DNA of 35,213 bases from a virus (taxonomy: Duplodnaviria > Caudoviricetes). A program made the translations under genes and the position numbers. The stretch is from positions 1 through 35,213 of IMG/VR virus record IMGVR_UViG_3300014208_000091; one strand, given 5' to 3'. Each line of letters opens with the position of its first letter. Position 1 is the stretch's first letter. This document shows positions 27,787 through 35,213 of this stretch, piece by piece. Under the pieces are notes generated by a model. The model ran no database searches and was not told where the DNA came from. It was given only the letters and a program-made list of their open reading frames with translations.

Positions 27787-27990
27787 ATGGTTGAACTCAT
27801 AAAAGGAAATTTGAAAAAGATTGGAACATTTTCACACTACAACTGTGCTCTTACTGAAATAGGAGAAGATACTAAAGAGTTATTATTGCGAGACTTTAAA
27901 AATAAAGTTACATTTATAAAAGAAAAAGATTTAGAACAACTTGAAATTCAAATACATTGTAGTTTTTATGAGTATAATGAGAGGACATAA
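27787..27990 (+). CDS. Hypothetical protein
   Basis: GGAG RBS; co-oriented. Confidence 0.5.
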   Translation: MVELIKGNLKKIGTFSHYNCALTEIGEDTKELLLRDFKNKVTFIKEKDLEQLEIQIHCSFYEYNERT

Positions 27991-27991
27991 A

Positions 27992-28105
27992 ATGAAAATA
28001 TGTATAACTGAAGGGTGTGAGAAAGAATGTATGTGCGATGCTTGTGGATGCTGTCAAGAACACCATGATGAGCAACCAGATGTTTATAATGGAATGTGGA
28101 GATGA
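27992..28105 (+). CDS. Tiny Cys-rich (metallothionein-like) peptide, 37 aa
   Basis: Read by eye: MKICITEGCEKECMCDACGCCQEHH...; GAGG RBS. Confidence 0.5.
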   Translation: MKICITEGCEKECMCDACGCCQEHHDEQPDVYNGMWR

Positions 28106-28109
28106 TAAA

Positions 28110-28388
28110 ATGGATTTAAAAAAGTGTTCACAAACAAAATGTATATTTCATAGTTCAAATGGAAACTTATCTTTAATGTGTCCTGAGTGTGCTGAGTGTG
28201 GAGCAGAAGGAAATGTTATAAATGAAAATTGTGTAAACTGTTGGAATTGTTTAAAGGATGCAGGATATGTTAGACAAGGAATGCCAAAAGTTGTTGAACA
28301 AGCAATCATGCAAAGCATACAAGATGTGGGGAAAAATCCAGAGAACGGAATATCAGTTACAATGATTGACTTGTCAAAACAAAGGTGA
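28110..28388 (+). CDS. Cys-rich putative metal-binding protein
   Basis: C-x4-C..H, CPECAECG, CVNCWNC. Confidence 0.6.
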   Translation: MDLKKCSQTKCIFHSSNGNLSLMCPECAECGAEGNVINENCVNCWNCLKDAGYVRQGMPKVVEQAIMQSIQDVGKNPENGISVTMIDLSKQR

Positions 28389-28401
28389 TAAATGGATGAT
28401 G

Positions 28402-28474
28402 CTCAATAGTATATATTGAGACACAGCACAAAAGGTTTTTTAATCAACTCACCTCTTTACCTATGTGCTGTGTC
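28402..28474. repeat. Two adjacent inverted repeats (structured intergenic RNA candidate)
   Basis: CTCAATA/TATTGAG at 28402-28420; perfect 11-bp GACACAGCACA/TGTGCTGTGTC at 28420-28430 and 28464-28474. Confidence 0.65.
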
Positions 28475-28508
28475 ATATTTTAATAAAACGATTGTGGAGG
28501 AAAATAAA

Positions 28509-28736
28509 ATGGAAACATTTAGAGCAAATGAATTTGATGGAAAGTCTATTGAGATGTGTAGTTCTCAAGACATAAGTAAATTGTATGCTATACTTGAGAA
28601 AGAAGAAAATTTTGTTCTTGAGTATACAGATGCAGAAAATCATAGAGCTGCAAAGCTTATGATAGGGACAGAGATATTCCCAAAAGTAAAAACAGGAGAT
28701 TTTACGATTACAGCAAAAGGTAATCAAGTTTGGTAG
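28509..28736 (+). CDS. Hypothetical protein
   Basis: GGAGG RBS before METFRA. Confidence 0.55.
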   Translation: METFRANEFDGKSIEMCSSQDISKLYAILEKEENFVLEYTDAENHRAAKLMIGTEIFPKVKTGDFTITAKGNQVW

Positions 28737-28745
28737 GTGAATAAA

Positions 28746-30173
28746 ATGAATACAATGTTTATAATAGGAGCAATAGTTGGATTAGCAGTTATTCTTGTGT
28801 GGTGGCTTTTAAGTATGTATAGAGTTGTACCACCTAGTGAAGCACACATGATAGTAAGAGCAGGACAAAGAGCAGTAAGGTCAACAGACAAAGGTATATC
28901 AGTAGATGGAAAAGGTTCGTATTTTAAATTTCCATTATGGATACCAAATCTTGGTACCCATGTAAGAATAGTTCCATTAACAACAATGGAAATATTAATT
29001 GACCAAGAAGCAGTTGAAAAAGGACAAGCAAGATACTTGTTAATTTCGTCAACGAAATTTAGAGTAACAAATGTGAATACAGCAGCAGAAAGATTTACAA
29101 GCTTTGAAGAATTAAAAAAACAGCTTGAAGAAATAATTAAGGCAGGAGTAAGAACAGTTGCAGTAAAATATGATATCATAGACGCAAGAGCAAAGAAAAA
29201 AGAAATTGCAGAAGCAATAAACATAGAAATAAAAGATGATTTCGAAGCATATGGTGTACAACTTGTAAATTTCCAGCTTGTAGACTTTAAAGATACAAAA
29301 GATAGTCAGGCTGTATCAAATATATCTTTAATTAAAGAAAAAGAACTTGAAGCAAATAGAAGACAACAAAATGCAGATAGAGAAAAGGCATCAAAGATAA
29401 AAGAAGCATCATCTGATGAAGAAGCAAAGAAAAGAGAAATTGAGAGAGACCAAAAAGTTGGAGAGTATCAACAGCAAAAAATGAAAGCAATTGCTGAAAA
29501 AGAAAAAGAAGCACAAGAAGCAGCCTTTGAAGTAATAAAGGTACAGACAGTAAATCAAGCAAAAATTGAAAAAGAAAAGGCACTTGTTTTAGCAAATCAG
29601 CAAAAAGAAGTTGAATCAATAAATAAAGAAAAGAAACAATTAATAGGAGAGGGTACAAAACTTCAGCAAGAGCAAGAAGCAATAGGTGCAGCAGCAAAAT
29701 ATAAAGAAGATGGTCTTGCACAGGCAGCAGCAAAAGAAGCATTACAAGCAGCATTGAATAAATTCGAAGACAAAGCAATTAGAGCATTAGTTGCTGAACA
29801 ATTAGTTACAGCATGGAAAGAAGTTGGTGTAGCAGGAGCAAAAGCACTTGAAAAGGCTGATGTAAGAATAATGTCTGGTGGAGACCAAACAGCATTCGAT
29901 ACATCTAAAATGATTGAAAGTGTAAGAAATGGTAGTCCTGAAACTGCAATGGCTGTAATTAATAAGATAGCAAGAGGTCTTGACCTTGGACAAGTTGGTC
30001 TTGTTGAAAGTCTTGGAATAAATACTCAAGCACAAAAAGAAAACAATAAGACAACAGAAATTACAGCAAAGGCAGAAATTGAAAAAGCTGAAGCATTAAA
30101 GGCAAAAGCAGAAGCAATTAAAGCTAAATCAGAAGCAGAAATAGCAAAGGCAGGAGGAAGACCTGCTAATTAA
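28746..30173 (+). CDS. SPFH/flotillin-like membrane protein
   Basis: N-term TM, YRVVPPSEAHMI, AAERF, band-7 region, long Ala/Glu/Lys coiled coil. Confidence 0.85.
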   Translation: MNTMFIIGAIVGLAVILVWWLLSMYRVVPPSEAHMIVRAGQRAVRSTDKGISVDGKGSYFKFPLWIPNLGTHVRIVPLTTMEILIDQEAVEKGQARYLLISSTKFRVTNVNTAAERFTSFEELKKQLEEIIKAGVRTVAVKYDIIDARAKKKEIAEAINIEIKDDFEAYGVQLVNFQLVDFKDTKDSQAVSNISLIKEKELEANRRQQNADREKASKIKEASSDEEAKKREIERDQKVGEYQQQKMKAIAEKEKEAQEAAFEVIKVQTVNQAKIEKEKALVLANQQKEVESINKEKKQLIGEGTKLQQEQEAIGAAAKYKEDGLAQAAAKEALQAALNKFEDKAIRALVAEQLVTAWKEVGVAGAKALEKADVRIMSGGDQTAFDTSKMIESVRNGSPETAMAVINKIARGLDLGQVGLVESLGINTQAQKENNKTTEITAKAEIEKAEALKAKAEAIKAKSEAEIAKAGGRPAN

Positions 30174-30199
30174 TTTTTTTAAAATATAAAGGTGAAAAA

Positions 30200-30751
30200 A
30201 TGAATAACAAAACAATAATGTATGGAATAATTTCTTTATTGCTGTTATCAAGCGTAACAGCATTTAGTGTTGGTACTGCAAAAAGTTATGCAATGGAAGA
30301 ATATGTATATAACTTTACAACAAATGATGACTATTATAAAACAATGACTGTACCAATGTCATTGAAAGATAATGATTTTAGCAGTGGATATAGTTATAAA
30401 ACATTTTTGAAAGATGCCTCTGGATATGTTATAAATTGTGGATGGGACAGGCATTTGTATATTGAATATACTCCAACTACTAAACAACAATTTATAATAA
30501 CAAGAGATTCAAGCAAATACAATATGTTTTTGATACCTCAGGAATGTAAAGGAGATAAAATATATGTTGGTGTTATGATGTTAAATCAAGAAGATGGATA
30601 TTGTGGAGCAGGATATAAACCAATGCCAGCACTAGATTATTATTGTTTAAAAAACAATAAGACACCAAATAATTATGGTAGAAATGATACAGTATTTTTA
30701 GGACATAGTAATGCTTATGCATATTATGGACAAATGTTATTTAATGAATAA
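30200..30751 (+). CDS. Secreted hypothetical protein
   Basis: GGTGA RBS; signal peptide ending SVTA. Confidence 0.65.
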   Translation: MNNKTIMYGIISLLLLSSVTAFSVGTAKSYAMEEYVYNFTTNDDYYKTMTVPMSLKDNDFSSGYSYKTFLKDASGYVINCGWDRHLYIEYTPTTKQQFIITRDSSKYNMFLIPQECKGDKIYVGVMMLNQEDGYCGAGYKPMPALDYYCLKNNKTPNNYGRNDTVFLGHSNAYAYYGQMLFNE

Positions 30752-30762
30752 GGGTGATAAAC

Positions 30763-31245
30763 ATGAGCTTTTTTGGAAAAGATAAAACAAAAGAAGAAAC
30801 AACAGTAGCTGAAGAAACAACAGTAACTGAAGAAGATATGGACAATTGTGCAAACTGTGAAAAAGAATTTAAGTCATCAGATTTAAATGATGATAGTCAG
30901 TGCAGTGATTGTGCAAAATTAGCTGAAGAGGAAGAAAAAATGAAGAAAGAAAATAAGGCAAAACTAAAGTATGACTTCATTATTGAGTATCGTGCTGATG
31001 GAGATGGCAATACAGAAGACAATAATGAGAATACAAAGATAAGTAAAGAGGATGCAGAAATTTGTTATAGAAATTTAAAGACAGCACTTGATTCTGGAAA
31101 AGAATTTGTTGAGTTTCCAGAAATGCAAAGTCTTAACGATGATGATGAACCATCAACAATTGATAAGACTTGCGAGTATATTGGAGCTGTACAAAGATTT
31201 TATGTACAAGAAAATCCTGACTACGAAGAGGAGGATGAAGAATAA
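30763..31245 (+). CDS. Acidic protein with a Zn-ribbon
   Basis: CANC...CSDC; EETTV repeat. Confidence 0.65.
   Translation: MSFFGKDKTKEETTVAEETTVTEEDMDNCANCEKEFKSSDLNDDSQCSDCAKLAEEEEKMKKENKAKLKYDFIIEYRADGDGNTEDNNENTKISKEDAEICYRNLKTALDSGKEFVEFPEMQSLNDDDEPSTIDKTCEYIGAVQRFYVQENPDYEEEDEE
30793..30834 (+). repeat. In-frame 18-bp tandem repeat (about 2.3 copies)
   Basis: GAAGAAACAACAGTAGCT GAAGAAACAACAGTAACT GAAGAA. Confidence 0.8.
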
Positions 31246-31270
31246 TTTTTTTTATTTTTTTATTATTTTT
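31246..31270 (+). terminator. Oligo-T tract terminator
   Basis: 25-nt T-rich run directly after the stop codon. Confidence 0.6.
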
Positions 31271-31386
31271 GCTATAAAAATGGAATACTTAGAAGATAGA
31301 ATAAATAGAGAAAGATTTATTCAAAAGAATAGTGAGCTTTGGGAAGACAATTACAATAAAAAGTATTATGAAAGATGGTGATTAAA

Positions 31387-31662
31387 ATGGAAAAGATTGA
31401 GTTAATAGTAACAAGAGATATGGCAAGAAGATATATAGAAAACATACAAGATAGTTTTGGAAAAAATCATGCTTTTACTGTTGCTTTATGTGGTGACAAA
31501 AAAGAAAAAGAGTTATTAAAATCAAGAATTGCTGAGTGGTGTCAAGCATATCCTATAATGACAGAGAAAGTAATGGAAAGTAGTAGCATTTATGATGTAG
31601 AAATTGAATATAATTTTCCAGAATTACCACCAGCATTTGATATAGATGATGAGGATGATTAA
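31387..31662 (+). CDS. Hypothetical protein
   Basis: GGTGA RBS; acidic tail. Confidence 0.6.
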   Translation: MEKIELIVTRDMARRYIENIQDSFGKNHAFTVALCGDKKEKELLKSRIAEWCQAYPIMTEKVMESSSIYDVEIEYNFPELPPAFDIDDEDD

Positions 31663-31663
31663 A

Positions 31664-32230
31664 ATGAATCATGAAACAATTTGTTCAAAGTGTAAAAGTC
31701 CAATACCAGAAGGAAAAGAACATTGTGGTGAATGTGGATATCCAATAGGATGGGAAATAGATAAAAAAGAGAAATTATCTTTACGAATAAATAAAAGATT
31801 ATCATTTGATGATTATTTTATGAAAATATGTGATGTTGTTGCACAAAGAGCAACTTGTCCAAGAAAATCTGTTGGTGCAGTTGTTGTAAAAAATGGTAGA
31901 CTTTTATCAACTGGATATAATGGAGCACCAAGAAGATTTGCACAGTGCAACGATGTAGGATGTAAAGTAGTAAATAATCATTGTGTTAGAGTTGTCCATG
32001 CTGAAATGAATGCATTATTATTTGCAGGAAGAGAAGCAGAAGGAGCAACATTATATTCAACAACACTTCCTTGTGAAATATGTTTTAAACTTTGTGTTCA
32101 GGCAGGAATAAAAAGAGTTGTATATAAAGAAAATTATAATAAAGATAGTGTTCAGTGGATTATCAATGAATCAGGCATTAAGTATGAACAATTAAATGAG
32201 AGTGAAGAAGATGGTAAACAAAAAGAATAA
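31664..32230 (+). CDS. dCMP deaminase (ComEB-like) with an N-terminal Zn-ribbon
   Basis: FDDYFM, RATCPR..VGAV, TGYNG, HAEMNA, PCEIC; N-term CSKC...CGECG. Confidence 0.92.
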   Translation: MNHETICSKCKSPIPEGKEHCGECGYPIGWEIDKKEKLSLRINKRLSFDDYFMKICDVVAQRATCPRKSVGAVVVKNGRLLSTGYNGAPRRFAQCNDVGCKVVNNHCVRVVHAEMNALLFAGREAEGATLYSTTLPCEICFKLCVQAGIKRVVYKENYNKDSVQWIINESGIKYEQLNESEEDGKQKE

Positions 32231-32897
32231 AAAAAATCAACCAAAAAAGCAAAAAACAAAAAAGCAGTATCCATCATTAATTATTCCTGTTACTGTAATT
32301 GTAATAAGTCTTGCAATATTTGGTAGTTTTGAATTAATAAATGATGTAGTTGCATACTTTTCTGTTGGACACAATAAGCAAGCAGAAAACATTGATACTA
32401 ATACAATTATCTTTAGTTCAACTTTGACTTCACAAATAATTGAAGCAAATTATACTTATAATTTATCTGTTGAAACATTTAATAATGAAACAGAAAGGCA
32501 GATATGGTATTATTTAAGTTTTGTAAATACAAGTATTATAAATAAAGTTACATATTCAAATCAAACTGATTGCAAAGGTTTAATCAGTAGATTTAGCCAT
32601 GATGTATACATAAGCCAATGCGATAATGAAAGCTTTAGGAATGTTTATTTGAACTCTACTAATTGGCTACCATTTGTATTATATCATGAAATAGCACATG
32701 CTGTATTAAATACATCAAATCAGTGTAAGGCTGATACTTATGCATTTGAAATGATGGAAAAAATAAATGTATCGGTACAAAAAACTAATGATAACTGTAT
32801 AGAAGAATATTTAAAAATTGATATTGTCGGATATAATGGAACAATATCAGCAGGATATGAAGATGATGGTACAGTAACTGTCATTTTGGAGGAATAA
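32211..32897 (+). CDS. Membrane-anchored HExxH (zincin-like) protein
   Basis: Basic N-term, TM segment, VLYHEIAH...ADTYA; many sequons. Confidence 0.6.
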   Translation: MVNKKNKKNQPKKQKTKKQYPSLIIPVTVIVISLAIFGSFELINDVVAYFSVGHNKQAENIDTNTIIFSSTLTSQIIEANYTYNLSVETFNNETERQIWYYLSFVNTSIINKVTYSNQTDCKGLISRFSHDVYISQCDNESFRNVYLNSTNWLPFVLYHEIAHAVLNTSNQCKADTYAFEMMEKINVSVQKTNDNCIEEYLKIDIVGYNGTISAGYEDDGTVTVILEE

Positions 32898-32898
32898 A

Positions 32899-34197
32899 AT
32901 GAAAATAATTTTATTATTACCATTACTGTTATTATTTTTAACAGGATGTACACAAGAACAGTCTTGCCATTTAGATTCTGAATGTTCTTTTGGACAATAC
33001 TGTTTTGGAGAAGATAATATAATGTCACAAGGTAGATGTATAGAATATCCAAATTATATAGAGACTACTGCAAATGCAGAATATGAATATAATAGTAGAT
33101 GTAATATAATGTTTATGAGTAATTATACTCATTTAATTTCGGTAAATAATGGACCCTTTACAAATTATGATGGAGGAATATGCAATGGTGATGAAATCCT
33201 TGTATTATATCATAACAATACAGGATATACTAATGGTATTTTTAAAGAAAGAGTAAATATTGATACAAATGTTATCGAAGACAAAGAGTTCTTTCTACAT
33301 ATAAAACCAATAGATGAATTAATAATGACAGTAGAGGATGACAGGAATTATATTATCTTAGATGCATCAAATGGTTTAAAAGTTTATCCTGACCAAGATG
33401 TAGTAGTCAAAATAAAAATAAGTAGCATGCACAATACAACAATTCCAGATATGACTTGTATAATAGACCATTCAGATATAACAAAGTCTGAACCAAATAT
33501 TATGATTCATGATTACTATGGAACTGTTGATATTGATAATGAATATTATAGACCAATTAGTTATGCATATAAGTCTGGCAAAAGTAATATTGAAGTTTTT
33601 GATGTAGTAAATAGCAATAAATTAAATAGTATATTATTTAGAGCATACATTGGTGTAAGAGCTGCACAGAGTCTTGGCAATACATCGTTGAACATTGAGT
33701 GCTACAGTAAAGAGTATTATCTTGAGAGAGATGATAAAATATATTATATGTTTGAAGACCATTATGGTATTGTTCAATCAAAAAATATTTTAAAGACTGA
33801 AATATTTATAGAAGAGCAAAAGAGAATGGATGTTTTGTGTCAAAACAATGGTGTTAAAGTAATTGGAGATAGTCAAGCATGGGAAAATTGTACAATAATA
33901 GAAAATGTAGAGGATGGTAAAGATATATATAAAAATGATACATATATCTCAGTAAGTTATTCAGTTCCTGAAAAAGGATTAAGTAAGACTGCCCATGTAT
34001 TTGGTCCATATGCTGAATCAACTGTTGATAAAATGACTGTTACAGACTTGCATTTAAAAGATGTATGCTATATAGAAGGAACAATTTATGAAAATTGTTT
34101 AATTATATTTTCAATATATAATGGAGAAAATATAAGCAATGTTTCTATTAATAAGAATGAATTTTTGGAGTATTATGAGGTGCCAAATGACAGGTGA
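32899..34197 (+). CDS. Putative lipoprotein with a short Cys-rich module
   Basis: LFLTGC lipobox-like motif; SCHLDSECSFGQYC...C. Confidence 0.65.
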   Translation: MKIILLLPLLLLFLTGCTQEQSCHLDSECSFGQYCFGEDNIMSQGRCIEYPNYIETTANAEYEYNSRCNIMFMSNYTHLISVNNGPFTNYDGGICNGDEILVLYHNNTGYTNGIFKERVNIDTNVIEDKEFFLHIKPIDELIMTVEDDRNYIILDASNGLKVYPDQDVVVKIKISSMHNTTIPDMTCIIDHSDITKSEPNIMIHDYYGTVDIDNEYYRPISYAYKSGKSNIEVFDVVNSNKLNSILFRAYIGVRAAQSLGNTSLNIECYSKEYYLERDDKIYYMFEDHYGIVQSKNILKTEIFIEEQKRMDVLCQNNGVKVIGDSQAWENCTIIENVEDGKDIYKNDTYISVSYSVPEKGLSKTAHVFGPYAESTVDKMTVTDLHLKDVCYIEGTIYENCLIIFSIYNGENISNVSINKNEFLEYYEVPNDR

Positions 34198-34495
34198 ATC
34201 AGGAAAACTAAATTTGGATAGTATAAAAGTTGGAGATTATATGCCACAGATATTTAAGAAAGGAGAAAATGAACCATTTTCTGGTGAGGATATAAAGGAC
34301 AATGATGTATTTTGGACAGTAAGACTTGATAAGGAATCATATTATGATACAAGAGAACAAGATACTGCAGTAATTATAAGTCAGCAAGTAAGAATAATGA
34401 AAAAAATTGATATATTAAATTATAATATGGCAATACTTGGATTTATTTGTGGATTTACACTTGTGATTGCTTTAGGGATATTAATTTTGAGGTAA
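34187..34495 (+). CDS. Hypothetical protein with a C-terminal TM segment
   Basis: GAGGTG RBS; hydrophobic C-terminus. Confidence 0.55.
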   Translation: MTGESGKLNLDSIKVGDYMPQIFKKGENEPFSGEDIKDNDVFWTVRLDKESYYDTREQDTAVIISQQVRIMKKIDILNYNMAILGFICGFTLVIALGILILR

Positions 34496-34497
34496 AA

Positions 34498-34746
34498 ATG
34501 GAATCAAAACATTTACAGTTTAGTCAAGATATGGGATATAAAGGACTTACTAAAAAGTTTTTTATAAGAAGCAAGTGGGATGGTAGTATACTTGGTGAAG
34601 TAAAATGGAATCCACAGTGGAGACAATATTGCTTTTATCCAAACATTAGTTTTGAAACACAATGGTCAATAGATTGCTTGCAAGATTTAACAAATTTTAT
34701 TCAAGTACTTAAAGACGAAAGAAAAAACAATAAGGTGATATCATGA
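34498..34746 (+). CDS. Hypothetical virus protein
   Basis: GAGGT RBS; LGEVKW..QWRQYCFYP...DCL. Confidence 0.65.
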   Translation: MESKHLQFSQDMGYKGLTKKFFIRSKWDGSILGEVKWNPQWRQYCFYPNISFETQWSIDCLQDLTNFIQVLKDERKNNKVIS

Positions 34747-34994
34747 AAATATATATAATATTAATTTTACTATTATTTACTATCTTGGCAACAGGTTGTA
34801 CAGATTCAGATGCAACTTATGAAACATTAAGGAAAGCAGGATTTCATGATATCACTACAGGAGATTATGATTTGTTTGCTTGCTCTGATGATGATTTTAC
34901 AGCAACTACATTTACTGCAAAAAATGTAAATAATGATACAGTAACAGGAACTGTATGTTGTGGAATATTTAAGAAATGTACGATAAGATATTGA
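34743..34994 (+). CDS. Small lipoprotein
   Basis: LATGC; F.CS.DD...T.F.A...V.G.VC.G.FK.CTIR. Confidence 0.7.
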   Translation: MKIYIILILLLFTILATGCTDSDATYETLRKAGFHDITTGDYDLFACSDDDFTATTFTAKNVNNDTVTGTVCCGIFKKCTIRY

Positions 34995-35002
34995 GGTGTA
35001 AA

Positions 35003-35213
35003 ATGAAAGAATCATTACTTGGTAAAAAGATAAAAGAAGATTTTTCAATGATGGTATGTTGTAATAAGTGTGGTTTTCCAGTACATACTCAGAGAAAAAA
35101 TGTATTTTTGACAAGTAGTATAATAAGCATGATTGAATATGACAATAATGTTTGTGAAAGCTGTGGACATCAAAAAGATGGAACAACAATTCCTGTAGTT
35201 TATGAGCATTGGC
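35003..35213 (+). CDS. Zn-ribbon protein (truncated at window end)
   Basis: GAGGTG RBS; CNKC...CESC; no stop within the window. Confidence 0.55.
   Translation, partial: MKESLLGKKIKEDFSMMVCCNKCGFPVHTQRKNVFLTSSIISMIEYDNNVCESCGHQKDGTTIPVVYEHW

Noticed and set aside
17275-30173. Other near-terminal GG motifs (FGGI* at 17424, AGGRPAN* in flotillin) as further Ubls
   Set aside because: Not terminal and located in membrane or coiled-coil proteins; the one at 17424 is explained by the overlapping GGAGG RBS of the next gene.
173-35189. Minus-strand ORFs in the six-frame track
   Set aside because: They are shadows of A-rich plus-strand genes (Phe/Leu/Ile/Ser-rich) with no recognisable motifs.
1-35213. 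Cellular chromosome segment
   Set aside because: Single-strand gene orientation over 35 kb, dense small ORFans and no housekeeping operons favour a virus or other extrachromosomal element, although no virion genes are present to prove it.

Overview
AT-rich window in which essentially every gene lies on the + strand, tightly packed with many small ORFs. It looks like the replication/early region of a large dsDNA virus or virus-like element; no capsid, terminase or tail genes are visible. Several independent signals point to an archaeal host, possibly DPANN: two near-identical BRE-TATA promoters, GGTGA/GAGGT ribosome-binding sites, oligo-T terminators, a tRNA-Trp with archaeal identity elements, a fused PriS-PriL primase and sequon-rich secreted proteins. 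The replicase, however, is a bacterial-type family C polymerase (DnaE). It carries an N-terminal degenerate UDG-like domain plus two extra domains, and it is encoded in two genes joined by a naturally split intein whose N-half still carries a Vsr/DUF559-like endonuclease. The second highlight is a candidate viral ubiquitin-like conjugation locus (small -GG protein, tRNA-Trp, ThiF/E1, large Cys-bearing unknown protein) next to a MoxR AAA+/vWA-metallopeptidase pair under a matching promoter. Other genes: methyltransferase-DUF1599 fusion, HD hydrolase, thioredoxin-like lipoprotein, free-standing homing endonuclease, 1.2k-aa Cys-rich TIGR03790-domain surface protein, RuvC-like resolvase, SF2 helicase, flotillin and dCMP deaminase. 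GATC appears strongly avoided. All family assignments are by motif recognition by eye; no database searches were run.
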